From a virus (lineage: Duplodnaviria; Caudoviricetes), in the IMG/VR virus record IMGVR_UViG_3300047160_010816, positions 1 to 64,000 of that record: a stretch of 64,000 bases of DNA, one strand, 5' to 3'. The notes below the pieces were generated by a model. It saw nothing but the letters and a program-made list of their open reading frames with translations, searched no databases and was not told where the DNA came from. Position numbers and translations under genes: made by a program. This document shows positions 27,440 through 36,631 of this stretch, piece after piece. How positions within the stretch are numbered: the first letter of the stretch is position 1; each line of letters starts with the position of its first letter.

Positions 27440-28146
27440 ACAACTACTGCGCCTGCACACCGGTCTGTGAAGAAGACGCGGTGCGGTGGCTCGACCAGTA
27501 CCTGGCGGAGGTGGAGCGTCTACAATGCTTCTTCGCCCTCCACTTCGACCACTGCTCCCACAGGACCAAAGAGAAGGCCCGTCGCCACCCTGCCTTCCTG
27601 GGGGCCACCTCCAATGATGACCCGCAGACGCCACATGCCGAGAGGCACCGGGCCGGCCCGTACGGAGTGGCTAAGGGACACTTCTGCGTGGCCGCCCTGA
27701 CCTGGGACATCGACGAGACGTGGGAGAAGGACGCGCCGGCCAAGTTTGATGCCGTCCTGAACAACGGCCTCCATTGGGATGCCGCCAAGGTCCACTGGAT
27801 CAATCTATGGGGTGACGAGCGGCACATCCGGACCGACAACCCGAGCAACGCCTACAGGGATCGGCTCCTCCGCCTGGACAGCGGCATACGCTGGCACTGG
27901 AGGGGTCCCATCATCGTGGACCCCTACGCTGACAAATGCTGGGAATCCGTCCGGGTATTGAAGACCGATCTCGTCTGCCTCCACCATGGCCTGATGACCC
28001 GTGAGCTACGCCTCCAGCACAAGAAACGTTGGGACCGGGTCTACGGCCACTTCACGAGCGACGGCAAGAACCCCTACGGTTATTGGGACTACATCCTCGA
28101 CGAGGAAGCCCACCCGCCCGTGATAGAGGAGAACAAGTACCGATGA
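27430..28146 (+). CDS. GT2-like glycosyltransferase
   Basis: WDIDE motif, NLWG and C-terminal HHG. Confidence 0.55.
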   Translation: MAINNYCACTPVCEEDAVRWLDQYLAEVERLQCFFALHFDHCSHRTKEKARRHPAFLGATSNDDPQTPHAERHRAGPYGVAKGHFCVAALTWDIDETWEKDAPAKFDAVLNNGLHWDAAKVHWINLWGDERHIRTDNPSNAYRDRLLRLDSGIRWHWRGPIIVDPYADKCWESVRVLKTDLVCLHHGLMTRELRLQHKKRWDRVYGHFTSDGKNPYGYWDYILDEEAHPPVIEENKYR

Positions 28147-28646
28147 ATGAGCACCTGCTGCAACCGAGCTACTGGGGTGAGCGGTTGAGGGCGGCCCGGA
28201 TCGTGGACCGGCTCCACGAGTCCGTCTTCCGCGGCGTGGACCCCGAGTGGTGGAAGCGGATGACCGACTACCGGCGGAAGAAGCTGGCGGAGGTCGTCAA
28301 ACCAGAGGACAGTGTCCTCGACGCCGGCTGCTGCTGGGGCTGGCTCCTCGACATCCTGCCCGACGGTTGGAAGGGCGACTACCTCGGGGTGGACCTGTCA
28401 CCCGACTTCGTGGCCCTGGCCCGTCAGAGGTACCCCGGCAGGGCCTTCGTGGTCGGTGATCTCCTGAAGCCGGAGACCATCGACCTCGGGGGCCGCCACT
28501 TCACCTGGGCCTACGTCGGCTCGGTCAAGAGCATGTTCACCAATCAGATCGGCGGCGACTCGTGGGAGCGGATCGAGGCGTTCCTCCGCTCGGTGGCCGA
28601 CGACCTGATCGTCTACGAGTACCAGGATTGGGTCTACGGGACATAA
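28143..28646 (+). CDS. Class I SAM-dependent methyltransferase
   Basis: VLDAGCCWG and YLGVDLS motifs. Confidence 0.8.
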   Translation: MNEHLLQPSYWGERLRAARIVDRLHESVFRGVDPEWWKRMTDYRRKKLAEVVKPEDSVLDAGCCWGWLLDILPDGWKGDYLGVDLSPDFVALARQRYPGRAFVVGDLLKPETIDLGGRHFTWAYVGSVKSMFTNQIGGDSWERIEAFLRSVADDLIVYEYQDWVYGT

Positions 28647-28652
28647 CCAACC

Positions 28653-29177
28653 ATGACACAGCCAATTTTCGAGACGAAGTTCTGGCAGGAGCGGCTGGGG
28701 CAGGCCGTGGCGCGGGGGGAGGTCCACCGGGCCATCTTCGAGTGCCACCTGTCCCTGTGGGAGCAGATAACCAACCGACACAAGTACATCCTGTCCAACC
28801 GCTTCTTCGGCCGGCCGAAGGACTCGGTCCTCGACCTGGGCTGCGGTTGGGGCCGGTTGCTATCGCTGATGCCGGAGAACTGGGAGGGGGACTACCTCGG
28901 CATCGACCTGTCGCCGGAGTTCCTGGCCCTGGCCCGCGCCGCCTACAAGGACCGGATGTTCCTCCAGCTGGACCTGCGGAGGTATGGTACCACCGGCATG
29001 GAGCGGATCTACGATTGGGCCGTCCTCGTCTCCATCCGGGATATGCTCCTCTCGGACGCCGGCGGGGAGGTTTGGGAGAAGGTCGAGGCCAACCTGAAGA
29101 AGTGTTGCCGGCGAATCCTCATCCTGGAGTATTCTGAGACCGATCAGGGGGAAATTATCGAGGGGGAAGTGACATGA
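28653..29177 (+). CDS. Class I SAM-dependent methyltransferase (paralog of the upstream gene)
   Basis: VLDLGCGWG and YLGIDLS motifs. Confidence 0.8.
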   Translation: MTQPIFETKFWQERLGQAVARGEVHRAIFECHLSLWEQITNRHKYILSNRFFGRPKDSVLDLGCGWGRLLSLMPENWEGDYLGIDLSPEFLALARAAYKDRMFLQLDLRRYGTTGMERIYDWAVLVSIRDMLLSDAGGEVWEKVEANLKKCCRRILILEYSETDQGEIIEGEVT

Positions 29178-29227
29178 GCAAGAGACGCGCCGACCTATTC
29201 CGATGGTCCACACGTTAGGAGGTCAAT

Positions 29228-30241
29228 ATGAGAGAGGTAAGGAACTGCAATGTATGTGTCACCGGCGGGGCAGGATTTCTTGGCTCCCATCTCGTGGACT
29301 ATCTAATCCAGGACCGTGAGTGTAGGGTTGTGGTCATCGATAACCTGTGCGCCGGCCGTCGGGAGTTCGTTCATCCACAAGCGACCTTCGTCCACCACGA
29401 TATAACTGGGTCGGAAGAGTTTATGCGTAAGCTCTTTCAACAACGTAACGTGGAATATGTTTTTTCCTATGCCGCCCACCCATATGTCCCCGATTCCTTT
29501 GACCGCCCCATCCATGTGGCGATGGTCAACCACATCGGGGCTCTGCGGGTCATCAACGCCGCCCAGGAGGCCGGCTGCAAGGGCGTCCTCCAGGTATCCT
29601 CCGCGGAGGTGTACGGGGATTCGGCCTCCTACAATGGTCGGAACAGGATCACGGAGGATGATTATATCGAACCGCACTCCAGCTACGGGGCGGCCAAAGC
29701 GGCGGTGGACGCCATGATACCGATACGGTGGAGGGAGGCGAAGACCCCCGTCATCGGCCTGCGTCAGTTCAACTGCCTGGGCGAGAGGGATGTGCTCCAT
29801 CCTTACGTGGTTGTGGAGATCGCCCGGCAGCTCCACGAGGTCAAGGACCGTGCTGGTAAGTTCGTCCCCAACACGACGCCGGTCATCATGCTCGGCAACA
29901 ACAGCACCAGGGACTTCATGTACGCCGGCGATGCGGTCAAGGCGGCCGTGGAGCTGATGGAGAAAGGCGAATTTGGGCAGGTCTACAACCTGGGGTCAGA
30001 GGAGTCAGTCAAAGTGTACTTCCTGGCGGGAGTCATCGGTGCGGTTATGGGGTTCAAGGACGTGAAGGTCGAGCAGGACCCGTGTCGGGTGCGGCCGTGG
30101 GAGATCTGGCACCTGCAATCGGACAACAGCAAGCTGTACGAGGCCCTGGGGCACCGGACCCACTTCATGCCGCTAGTTGAATCCGTGCGGCGGACCATTG
30201 GATATTACGAGGAGACAGGGTGGGTGTTCCCGTGGAAGTGA
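29228..30241 (+). CDS. NAD-dependent nucleotide-sugar epimerase/dehydratase (GDP-mannose or dTDP-glucose 4,6-dehydratase-like)
   Basis: TGGAGFLGS, SSAEVYG and YGAAK motifs. Confidence 0.9.
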   Translation: MREVRNCNVCVTGGAGFLGSHLVDYLIQDRECRVVVIDNLCAGRREFVHPQATFVHHDITGSEEFMRKLFQQRNVEYVFSYAAHPYVPDSFDRPIHVAMVNHIGALRVINAAQEAGCKGVLQVSSAEVYGDSASYNGRNRITEDDYIEPHSSYGAAKAAVDAMIPIRWREAKTPVIGLRQFNCLGERDVLHPYVVVEIARQLHEVKDRAGKFVPNTTPVIMLGNNSTRDFMYAGDAVKAAVELMEKGEFGQVYNLGSEESVKVYFLAGVIGAVMGFKDVKVEQDPCRVRPWEIWHLQSDNSKLYEALGHRTHFMPLVESVRRTIGYYEETGWVFPWK

Positions 30242-30411
30242 ACGAGGCGATGGCCTGGCGCTACTGGGCCATCAAGGGGTGGCAAGGGTTTTTGAACCGG
30301 CTCGACCGGTTCACGAGCACCAGCCCGCTGACCGACTGGGAGCGGAAGGAACTGGAAGTGGCCGTGCGGCGGTTACAGGAGATACTGACCAGGGGGCAGA
30401 AAGGAGACTAG
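30220..30411 (+). CDS. Small hypothetical protein
   Basis: Fills the gap between two operon genes. Confidence 0.4.
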   Translation: MGVPVEVNEAMAWRYWAIKGWQGFLNRLDRFTSTSPLTDWERKELEVAVRRLQEILTRGQKGD

Positions 30412-30412
30412 G

Positions 30413-31750
30413 GTGGGAGGAGCAAGAGTAGTCTTCTGTACAACATGTAAAAATCGGCTGGACCACCTGGCCAAGACACTACCGAAGAACGTCAGTGACA
30501 ATCCGTCGGCCCGGACGGTACTCCTGGACTACAACAGCCAGGACGGCTTGGAGGACTGGGTCAAGACGTACAACGGCCGGCGAGACCTGCTGGGCGGTAA
30601 CCTGGTCGTCTACAAGTTCACCGAACCGTCACCCTTCAGAATGGCCCACGCCAAGAACCTGGCCCACCGGCTGGGTATCCTGGAGGGAGGGGAGGTGCTG
30701 GTCAACCTCGACGCCGACAACTACGCAGGCCACCGCTTCGACTTGTACCTGGGGGAGCAGTTCGAGGCTCCCGACGTGTTCCTGTGGTCGCGGATGGTTA
30801 AGGGCGAGATGAGGCGGGGCATTAGCGGCCGGATAGCCGTCACCAGGGACGCCTTCCTCCTGTCGGGGGGCTACGACGAGGTGTTCGCCAAGTGGGGGCC
30901 GGACGACAAAGATTTCAACGTCCGCCTCCGTCGGCTCGGCTTCGAGGGCAAGGAGATCGACCCTAAGTTCCTGGAGGCCCTGACCCACAACGACAAGATG
31001 AGGTTCAGGGAGTACCCGGAGGTGCGAACCCTGGTCAAGGACGGTGTCTACCACGAGGGCTTTAACCTGGAGAGCCGGGCCGACGTGACCGTGGCCAACG
31101 CCGGCAAGGTCGGCTGCGGGGTCGTCTACCGCAACTACGAGGGTGGGCCGGTCGAGGTCGGTCCGCTTCCCTCCAGGGTGTTCGGGGTGGGGATGCACAA
31201 GACGGCGACGGTGTCCCTGCATAAGGCGTTCGAGGCGCTGGGCATCCGCAGCGCCCACTGGCCCTCCGCCCACTGGGCCAAGGCCGTCTACCGTGAGATG
31301 AACGAGGTCGGGCGGTCGGCCACGCTGGAGAAGGTCTACGCCGCCTGCGACCTGCCGCTGACGCTGCTGTACCAGCAGCTGGACAAAGCCTACCCCGGTT
31401 CCAAGTTCGTCTTAACAGTCCGCGACGAGGACAAATGGGTCGAGAGCGTCCGCAAGCACTGGAACCCGGCCACCAACCCGTTCCGCGACCAGTGGGACAC
31501 CGACCCCTTTACCCACCGCGTCCACCAGGTCCTCTACGGTCGCCAGGACTTCGACGCCGAAACGATGCTGGCCCGCTACCGGCGGCATAACCAGGAGGTC
31601 CGGGACTACTTCCGCGGCAGGCCCCAGGACCTGCTGGTCATGGACTTCGACCAGGGGGCCGGCTGGTACGAGCTGTGCGGCTTCCTGAAGCTGCCGTTAC
31701 CCAAACCCAAGCGACCTTTCCCTAGGGAGAACAGGAGTAAAGAAACATGA
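30413..31750 (+). CDS. Glycosyltransferase (GT2/GT7C-like) fused to a sulfotransferase-family domain
   Basis: NLDAD and GGYDE..xxWGxDD in the N-half; GVGMHKTAT (PAPS loop), DLP and KFVLTVRD in the C-half. Confidence 0.8.
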   Translation: MGGARVVFCTTCKNRLDHLAKTLPKNVSDNPSARTVLLDYNSQDGLEDWVKTYNGRRDLLGGNLVVYKFTEPSPFRMAHAKNLAHRLGILEGGEVLVNLDADNYAGHRFDLYLGEQFEAPDVFLWSRMVKGEMRRGISGRIAVTRDAFLLSGGYDEVFAKWGPDDKDFNVRLRRLGFEGKEIDPKFLEALTHNDKMRFREYPEVRTLVKDGVYHEGFNLESRADVTVANAGKVGCGVVYRNYEGGPVEVGPLPSRVFGVGMHKTATVSLHKAFEALGIRSAHWPSAHWAKAVYREMNEVGRSATLEKVYAACDLPLTLLYQQLDKAYPGSKFVLTVRDEDKWVESVRKHWNPATNPFRDQWDTDPFTHRVHQVLYGRQDFDAETMLARYRRHNQEVRDYFRGRPQDLLVMDFDQGAGWYELCGFLKLPLPKPKRPFPRENRSKET

Positions 31751-31992
31751 GCGACACCGAGATCACCATCGAGCAGTCAGTCACTCTGGCGCGGCAATTC
31801 TGCGTCGAGTACGAGAAGAACCCGGACCCCGACAACCTCGGCTGGTACTGGCTGGCCAAGCACTTCCTGGAACTCTACCAGGAGAACAAGGCCCTGCGCC
31901 ACGTGGTCCAGACGGTGCGGAAACGGAAGAGGAAGCGGAAGGGGAGATGGAACGGCGGCGACCAGCCGACCCTGTATAGGAGGAAGAGATGA
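31747..31992 (+). CDS. Small hypothetical protein
   Basis: Overlapping starts and stops. Confidence 0.45.
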   Translation: MSDTEITIEQSVTLARQFCVEYEKNPDPDNLGWYWLAKHFLELYQENKALRHVVQTVRKRKRKRKGRWNGGDQPTLYRRKR

Positions 31993-33008
31993 GAGCGCAC
32001 GAACGATTAGAGAGGGAGTTCGGCGATTGGGTCCACGACGGCCGCCACTACGTCGCCTGCTCCTCCGGCACGGCAGCCCTCCATCTGGCCCTGGAGGCGC
32101 TGCGCCTGCCGCCGGGCTCGACGGTGCTGGTGCCCGACTTCACGATGGTAGCCTGCGCCCGTGCCGTGGTGCTGGCAGGGCTGACGCCAGCCTTCGTGGA
32201 CTGCGGGGAAGACCTTAACATGGACGAGACGGCCTTGAAAGAGGCCCTTCGTGGGAGAAGAGAGCTAGTGAACTGGGAGGAATACGAGGCCGGGGCCGCG
32301 ATGTACGTTCACGTCTATGGTCGTCGGTGCCCAATAGAACCAACCTCCCATCGGGAAGATCAATTTATTATCGAGGACCTCGCCGAGGCCCACGGTATCA
32401 AGCCCCACGAGGCCACCGACGCCGCCTGCTGGAGCTTCTACCACAATAAAATCATCGCCGGGGAAGAGGGGGGCATGGTCGCCTTCAAGAACCCGGCCCA
32501 CGCCGACCTGGCCCGCTCTCTCCGCAACGTCGGCTTCGGCCCCGCCCACGACTTCATCCACGTTCCGCGCGGACACAACTACCGTCTGGCGGACTGTCTG
32601 GCGGAGAAGGTCCTCATCAGTCTCTGCCGCTACTACGACAACATGCACCACCGGCGCGAGGCGGTGATGTGGTACGACCGCTCTCTGCCCCACGGGGAAT
32701 GGCGGATAGGGCCGCGGGCCGCCCCGTGGACCTACGACCTACGGGTACCAGGGCTGAAGCGGTCGGGGCAGGCGCGGATCGTGGCCGCCCTGAACAAGGA
32801 GGGGATAGCGGCACGGATGGGCTTCTACCCTCTCTCCCTCCAGGAAGAGTTCAGGGGCTGCAAGCGGTTCGGCAACCAGAAATCCTACTCGGCCTCTCAG
32901 GAGGTTTTCTATCTACCGCTGACGCCGGGGGAGGTGACCGAGGGGACGGCCCGGCTGGCGATGGACACGATCAAGAGGGTACTGGAGGAGCACCGCGCCC
33001 CCCGCTGA
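31989..33008 (+). CDS. DegT/DnrJ/EryC1/StrS sugar aminotransferase (perosamine synthase-like)
   Basis: SSGTAALHLAL, IIEDxAEA and SFYHNKIIAGEEGG (PLP lysine). Confidence 0.9.
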   Translation: MRAHERLEREFGDWVHDGRHYVACSSGTAALHLALEALRLPPGSTVLVPDFTMVACARAVVLAGLTPAFVDCGEDLNMDETALKEALRGRRELVNWEEYEAGAAMYVHVYGRRCPIEPTSHREDQFIIEDLAEAHGIKPHEATDAACWSFYHNKIIAGEEGGMVAFKNPAHADLARSLRNVGFGPAHDFIHVPRGHNYRLADCLAEKVLISLCRYYDNMHHRREAVMWYDRSLPHGEWRIGPRAAPWTYDLRVPGLKRSGQARIVAALNKEGIAARMGFYPLSLQEEFRGCKRFGNQKSYSASQEVFYLPLTPGEVTEGTARLAMDTIKRVLEEHRAPR

Positions 33009-33081
33009 AGAACCTTGTGCTTCTTGCTCCACACGGGACTGAGGCGGGGGGATGCGGTTACTACGATTATACCAGCGCACG

Positions 33082-33122
33082 AAAAAACCCCGCCCCCCGC
33101 GGCCGGAGCCGGGAGGACGGGG
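33082..33122 (-). terminator. Probable intrinsic terminator of the leftward early operon
   Basis: GC-rich imperfect hairpin followed by T6 on the minus strand, just past the stop at 33139. Confidence 0.45.
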
Positions 33123-33138
33123 TCAGGAAGGAGGACGG

Positions 33139-33459
33139 TCAGACGGCGGCTGCGATCTTCTCCGCCACGTACTTCACGAAGTCGTCAGTGCTCATCTGGG
33201 GCAGGACGACCTGGGCGACGTAGGCCACCTGCACCTTATCGGCGTCGGGGTCGGGGAGCATCCTCTCGATCACGGCCAGGGTCATGAGCGCCAGGATGCT
33301 GGTGACTCTCTTCGGCCCCAGCCCGCTCCGGGCCGCCCCCTGCCACACGTCGGCGGGGACGGGTAGGTCGCCACCGCCGCGGAGCGCCTCGTGGAAGGCG
33401 ACGGCATCAGCCGCTCCGGGGAAGGTCGCGGCGATGTAGCTTTCAGTCATGGTTGTCAT
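33139..33459 (-). CDS. Hypothetical protein
   Basis: AAAGGAGCAAG RBS. Confidence 0.6.
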   Translation of the reverse strand: MTTMTESYIAATFPGAADAVAFHEALRGGGDLPVPADVWQGAARSGLGPKRVTSILALMTLAVIERMLPDPDADKVQVAYVAQVVLPQMSTDDFVKYVAEKIAAAV

Positions 33460-33474
33460 CTGTCTTGCTCCTTT

Positions 33475-36462
33475 CTAGCTGACGTAGACCAGCTCACCAA
33501 CAGCCCGTGTAATCGCCACGTAGCGTAGGTTCAGCTCCTGTTCATGCTGCCACGCCGACCGGGCCATCGGGTGGGGCACCGTCGCCCCCTCGGGCTCCAG
33601 CAGGAAGACGCGGTGGGCCTCCAGGCCCTTGGCCTTGTGGATGGAGCTGAGCTTCACCCCTGGGGCGTTCTTGTCATCCGTGAACATATCCTGGATTTTC
33701 CGGACCACGTCCCCGGACGTGGGCGACCCCTCGGTGAAGCAGACCAGGCAGTCATAGCGGTCCTGGATGGCGATCAGCTTCGCCTCGTTGGGATTCCGCT
33801 TGGCGTTCTCCTTGCCGCGCTCCTGCTCCAGCCAGTCATCCAGGGCGCGGACCAGCTCGACCACCGGGGTCAGGGCATTGTCCTTGCCCACCAGTTTGTG
33901 GACGGTCGAGACCAGACCTGCTCCTACGTCCCGGCCCTGGATATTGGCCTTGCGGCCGGCCTTCAGGAACCGGAAGCACTCGGCCACCAGAGGAGCGTTG
34001 ACCCGGCAGAGGACCATGTCCCCGTGGCCGGCCCGGTCGTTGTAGAGGCGGTAGGTCGGCGGCGTCCGTACCGTGCCGTCCTTCCCCCGCGTGACCATCT
34101 CCAGGGAGTAGACGAGACCCTCCGGGTTGTCTTCGTGGGCGCTGAAGTCGGGGACGATCTCGTTGGCCTCCGCCACGATGGCCCTGCCGCAACGGCGGGT
34201 CACGGTCAGGGGGAGCACTTCACAGCCGCCGTCCTCACGCAGCTCTTCGGTCATGCGGTCCATGCTCTTGCAGTCGGCCCCGGCAAACCCGTAAATTGAA
34301 TTGTGAGAGACTAGACCATTGGCCAGATAGAGACGCAAACCACGCTCGGTTGGCTCCACGGTGATTCCATATACCGGACCTTTGTACTCCTTTCTAGCTA
34401 TCCGAGCGGTCTGCCACCGACCTGTCAGGCTACCCTCATCCACGCGAAACTGAAAACAGCCGTCGATGAGATTCGCCGCATAGGCGATGAACCCTTTCGT
34501 AACGGATAGGTAATTATGCCCTTTATCCCCCTTTCTCTCCCAGATGGGTAAGTTGATATCACGGCCGAACTCTTGTAGGCACTTCTCAGCACGGTCGAGG
34601 TTCTCTCCCAGTTGAGAGTAAACCGCGTCAATGAAGTCCTGGCTCGGAGTAGTTCCTCCTCGGTTTCTGAAAACCAGTTGAGGCAACCCGTGTTGAACGG
34701 CAACCAGCTCCTCGGAGATCCTAGCCTCTATGGACGTGTCAAAGACCTGGAGAATCCAAGCTCGGTCAGCATCCTCAGACCTTGCACGAGCTGACACTCC
34801 CATGCCACAAGAATACTGCATCTGGCAGATACCTACCCGAAACTGTCCCTCCCGCTCCATCAGGTAGAGGCAGAACTTGTCTTTGCACTCGGGGGCAAAC
34901 CGGACCCACCACTTGTGGTTGAGAGTACAGCCCACGGGACCATCCGAGCCTCCTGCGTCAATTTCCACGATCTCCCCGTCATGCTGATGCTCGTGGAATT
35001 TCTCAACCTTTCTCCCCTGAGACATCCGACCGGAGAACCTACCGGCGTTTGGGTTGTAAGTCACAACCTTATGGTGGTCCATCTCAGCCCACAGCTTCTC
35101 GATAGGGAGCTTCGACCCTCCTTCCATTGTTACTTTGGTTCCTGGTAGTAAGCACTGCTTCGGGTCGCCACACAGGACCAGCCGCTTCCCCGCCTTCCTG
35201 GCCAGCGCCTGCTGGCAGCGGTTGAGGTCCTGGGCCTCATCCACGAGGAGCAAGTCGTTCTTGAACACGGGTAGGTCCAGTACGACCGGCAGCCAGATCA
35301 TGTCGTTGTAATCGATGCGGCCCTGCGGCTTCTTGCACAGGTCGAGGACTTCGGGGACCAGGCCGAAAATCTCCTCGCGGTAGGAAGTGCCGGCGCTGTA
35401 GTCGGCAATCCCTCTGCCGTAGCGGTTTCCTTCCTCGGCCAGCTCGACGTCGTAGTAGTCGGCCAGATAGGCAAGGTTCTCCGGGGTCGGCTCCATCAGG
35501 TTCACCTTGCACAGCCCGACCAGCTCGGCCACGGCCTTCAGCACGACCGGCTTGGCCTGACGGAGGGTGCGCACGTCCACACCGAGAAGGGCGGAGATGT
35601 GGTCCACGACCACGTACTCCGAGACCTCCAGCCGGCCGAAGGCCCACGTCACCGACCGGAAGCCCATCGAGTGCATGGTCATGGCCTCGCAGCCGGCCGG
35701 GACGCGCCGCTGCAACTCGGTGGCGATGGACTTGTTAAAGGCCACGAAGCAGACGGAACGGGCGCTTCTGCTCCTCGCCACCGCGTCCCAGATGGCCTTC
35801 TGCTGCGGGGACGGCGTGATGGTCTTCCGGACCGGCGGGCCGCCCTTCGGGTCGGGGACCAGAGTGTAGGGGGTCTCTCCCTTCAGCACCTGGAGGGCGC
35901 AGACCAGGGTGGTCGTCTTCCCCGTGCCGGCGCGGGCCTCGACGACGAGGTGGGGCGGCTGCCCCGGCCCGCGCCCGGCCGGCGTCATCGGGTTAGCAGC
36001 CAACTGCCCCGCCAGGGAGACCGCGGCGGAGGTCGGCGTAGTAGGCGTCCCTTTGTCGCCAGGCGAAGCTGCCGCCACAGGAGCCACAGTCGGCCTGTCC
36101 CGTGGGGTCGTTGGCATCGACACAGGTGTCGAGGCAGTGGGGACAAAAGGGCGCGGCACGGTCCCCCCGCAGTGCGAGCATTGCTCCCCCGCACTGTCAC
36201 CGGCTTCGAGGCAACCGGCCGACCGCTCACAGACGGTCCCCTCGACTTCGGGGACCTCGGGAGCGGCCTTCTCTTCCTTGGCCGGGCTGCGGAACTTGGC
36301 GGCTGACTTGAACGTGGTTTTCCTGCCGGTCAGGACGTTGACCACGACGAAGTGAGGCAATCCCTCGAACTTCTCCACGACCTCAAGCACCTTGACGGTG
36401 GCGTGCCGGCCGTTGACCTTGGCAACGTAGAAGTTGCCTACGCGGATTTCGTTAGCGTGCAT
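33475..36462 (-). CDS. UvrD/Rep-like SF1 helicase containing an intein
   Basis: ARAGTGKTT, LVDEAQD, GDPKQ/SIYGF, TRRC, SSIHKAKGLE and YVAITRA motifs. Confidence 0.9.
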   Translation of the reverse strand: MHANEIRVGNFYVAKVNGRHATVKVLEVVEKFEGLPHFVVVNVLTGRKTTFKSAAKFRSPAKEEKAAPEVPEVEGTVCERSAGCLEAGDSAGEQCSHCGGTVPRPFVPTASTPVSMPTTPRDRPTVAPVAAASPGDKGTPTTPTSAAVSLAGQLAANPMTPAGRGPGQPPHLVVEARAGTGKTTTLVCALQVLKGETPYTLVPDPKGGPPVRKTITPSPQQKAIWDAVARSRSARSVCFVAFNKSIATELQRRVPAGCEAMTMHSMGFRSVTWAFGRLEVSEYVVVDHISALLGVDVRTLRQAKPVVLKAVAELVGLCKVNLMEPTPENLAYLADYYDVELAEEGNRYGRGIADYSAGTSYREEIFGLVPEVLDLCKKPQGRIDYNDMIWLPVVLDLPVFKNDLLLVDEAQDLNRCQQALARKAGKRLVLCGDPKQCLLPGTKVTMEGGSKLPIEKLWAEMDHHKVVTYNPNAGRFSGRMSQGRKVEKFHEHQHDGEIVEIDAGGSDGPVGCTLNHKWWVRFAPECKDKFCLYLMEREGQFRVGICQMQYSCGMGVSARARSEDADRAWILQVFDTSIEARISEELVAVQHGLPQLVFRNRGGTTPSQDFIDAVYSQLGENLDRAEKCLQEFGRDINLPIWERKGDKGHNYLSVTKGFIAYAANLIDGCFQFRVDEGSLTGRWQTARIARKEYKGPVYGITVEPTERGLRLYLANGLVSHNSIYGFAGADCKSMDRMTEELREDGGCEVLPLTVTRRCGRAIVAEANEIVPDFSAHEDNPEGLVYSLEMVTRGKDGTVRTPPTYRLYNDRAGHGDMVLCRVNAPLVAECFRFLKAGRKANIQGRDVGAGLVSTVHKLVGKDNALTPVVELVRALDDWLEQERGKENAKRNPNEAKLIAIQDRYDCLVCFTEGSPTSGDVVRKIQDMFTDDKNAPGVKLSSIHKAKGLEAHRVFLLEPEGATVPHPMARSAWQHEQELNLRYVAITRAVGELVYVS
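34300..35154 (-). mobile_element. Intein, 285 aa, inserted in helicase motif III (GDPKQ|SIYGF)
   Basis: Begins CLLPGT, ends ANGLVSHN, +1 Ser; lower GC. Confidence 0.9.
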
Positions 36463-36631
36463 TGTCTTCCTCTCTCTTTGGTTGAGAATCCCGCCTCTGC
36501 GTTGACCGGACTTGGCAACCGGCACCGGGCACACGCTCGGTGGTCGCATTAAGGAAAAGAGGGGAGGGCCGGCATCGGTTCCTACGGTATCACCCCGTGG
36601 CACGCCGGTTCCTCCCCCTGTCTCTCACTGG

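Noticed and set aside
29106-29142. TGCCGGCG followed by TGAGACCG in a methyltransferase gene
   Set aside because: Spacing is 21 nt rather than 10 and there is no closing edge repeat; likely chance
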